Part shown: piece after piece, positions 63,250 to 64,000 of the stretch
Layout of the letters: each line of letters opens with the position of its first letter
Position numbering within the stretch: position 1 is the first letter of the stretch
Source: Camelus dromedarius
Taxonomy: Eukaryota
Assembly (NCBI RefSeq): GCF_036321535.1
Contig: NC_087437.1
Location: 15,006,001-15,070,000, forward strand
Reading direction: 5' to 3'
Length of the DNA stretch: 64,000 nucleotides
Made by a program: the position numbers and the translations under genes
The notes under the pieces: model-generated
Databases searched by the model: none
Told to the model about the DNA's origin: nothing
What the model saw: only the letters and a program-made list of their open reading frames with translations

Positions 63250-64000
63250 GAGGAAGGAGGGACCCGAGGATACCTGAGCCCCCTGCAGTGGCGGAACTGG
63301 GGGAGGGACCCCACACGGAGGGCTAGGGTGACCGCCCGCCCTGCCCACGACACGGCGGACAGCATGGAGGAAGCCGGGTGTGTGCCCGCGGGCCCTTTCG
63401 CTGCTTCCTGGCATCCTTTTCTCTACTTTTCTCATTCTGTAATGTGTTTATTACACTTTCGTAATATATATATTATATTTTATATATTTATCTGTATACA
63501 GATAAACAGACTAAATGGTGCTTTATCGCGGGACAGGAGAGGGAAACCTCAAGGCCACGTCCGGTGGACAGGCGCAGGCGGGCTCAGACCCGGGCTGCTA
63601 GGGGAGGTCAGGATGGGAGGGTGCATGCGGGAGTGGGATGGGCGAGAGGAGCCCAGTAGGCCCGAGGACGCCGGGGCGAGGACGTTGGTTTGAGAGAGGA
63701 ACGTGGGGCCAGGTGGCGGGGAGCCCACGGCAAGGTGCGCGGTCGGGACGCAGAGCGGGGCTCCCCTGCGTCAGTCCGGCCGGCCGGCGGGGCGTGGTGC
63801 GCCCGCGTGTCGCTGCAGGGCCCCGGCGCGGCGGGCGGCGCCCCCTGGTGGCCACCTGTCGCTCGGCCTGGCTCCCGCGGCTCCGGTCTGGGCTCTGCAG
63901 ACCCCAGCCGCCTGCCCTGCGCCGCCTGTCTGCGGTGGAAAGGAGAGAAAAGGAACCTGGACTACAGCCCGCTGTGCCTCAGGTTCCTCACGGCAAACGG
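63250..64000. promoter_or_regulatory. Second CpG island ~14.5 kb upstream of the RAB6B ATG (runs off the window)
   Basis: CpG-dense, GC-rich sequence; no recognisable coding exon in the window. Confidence 0.8.
63837..63854 (-). promoter_or_regulatory. CTCF-binding motif
   Basis: Minus strand reads TGGCCACCAGGGGGCGCC, essentially the canonical CTCF core. Confidence 0.8.

Overview
Mammalian genomic DNA, very probably camelid (tRNA-Ala-derived Vic-1-type SINEs and cetartiodactyl-type L1 ends; no Alu, Bov-A2/BovB, PRE-1 or CAN SINEs noticed). The window holds the CpG-island promoter and coding exons 1-6 of RAB6B on the minus strand: ATG at 48730; exons 48661-48730, 21330-21388, 5043-5096, 4766-4871, 3202-3313 and 2180-2273; all introns GT-AG; 495 nt = 165 codons. 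The last coding exons were not found and should lie left of position 1. The rest is intron and ~15 kb of upstream sequence filled with L1, L2, MIR, MaLR/ERV LTRs, hAT DNA transposons, SINEs and microsatellites, ending in a second CpG island (~63250-64000) with a strong CTCF motif. I found no clearly new gene system, and almost all ORFs in the track are GC-rich noise or repeat-derived. The best leads are (i) a 1.08-kb TSD-flanked L1 made only of the 5'UTR start joined to the 3' end; (ii) an inverted double-octamer module in intron 2; (iii) a sense-oriented solo LTR with a TATA box and a non-canonical poly(A) signal in intron 1; (iv) a triple NF-kB tandem repeat; (v) convergent CTCF motifs around the promoter. 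Repeat family names come from recognition by eye, not from a database search.
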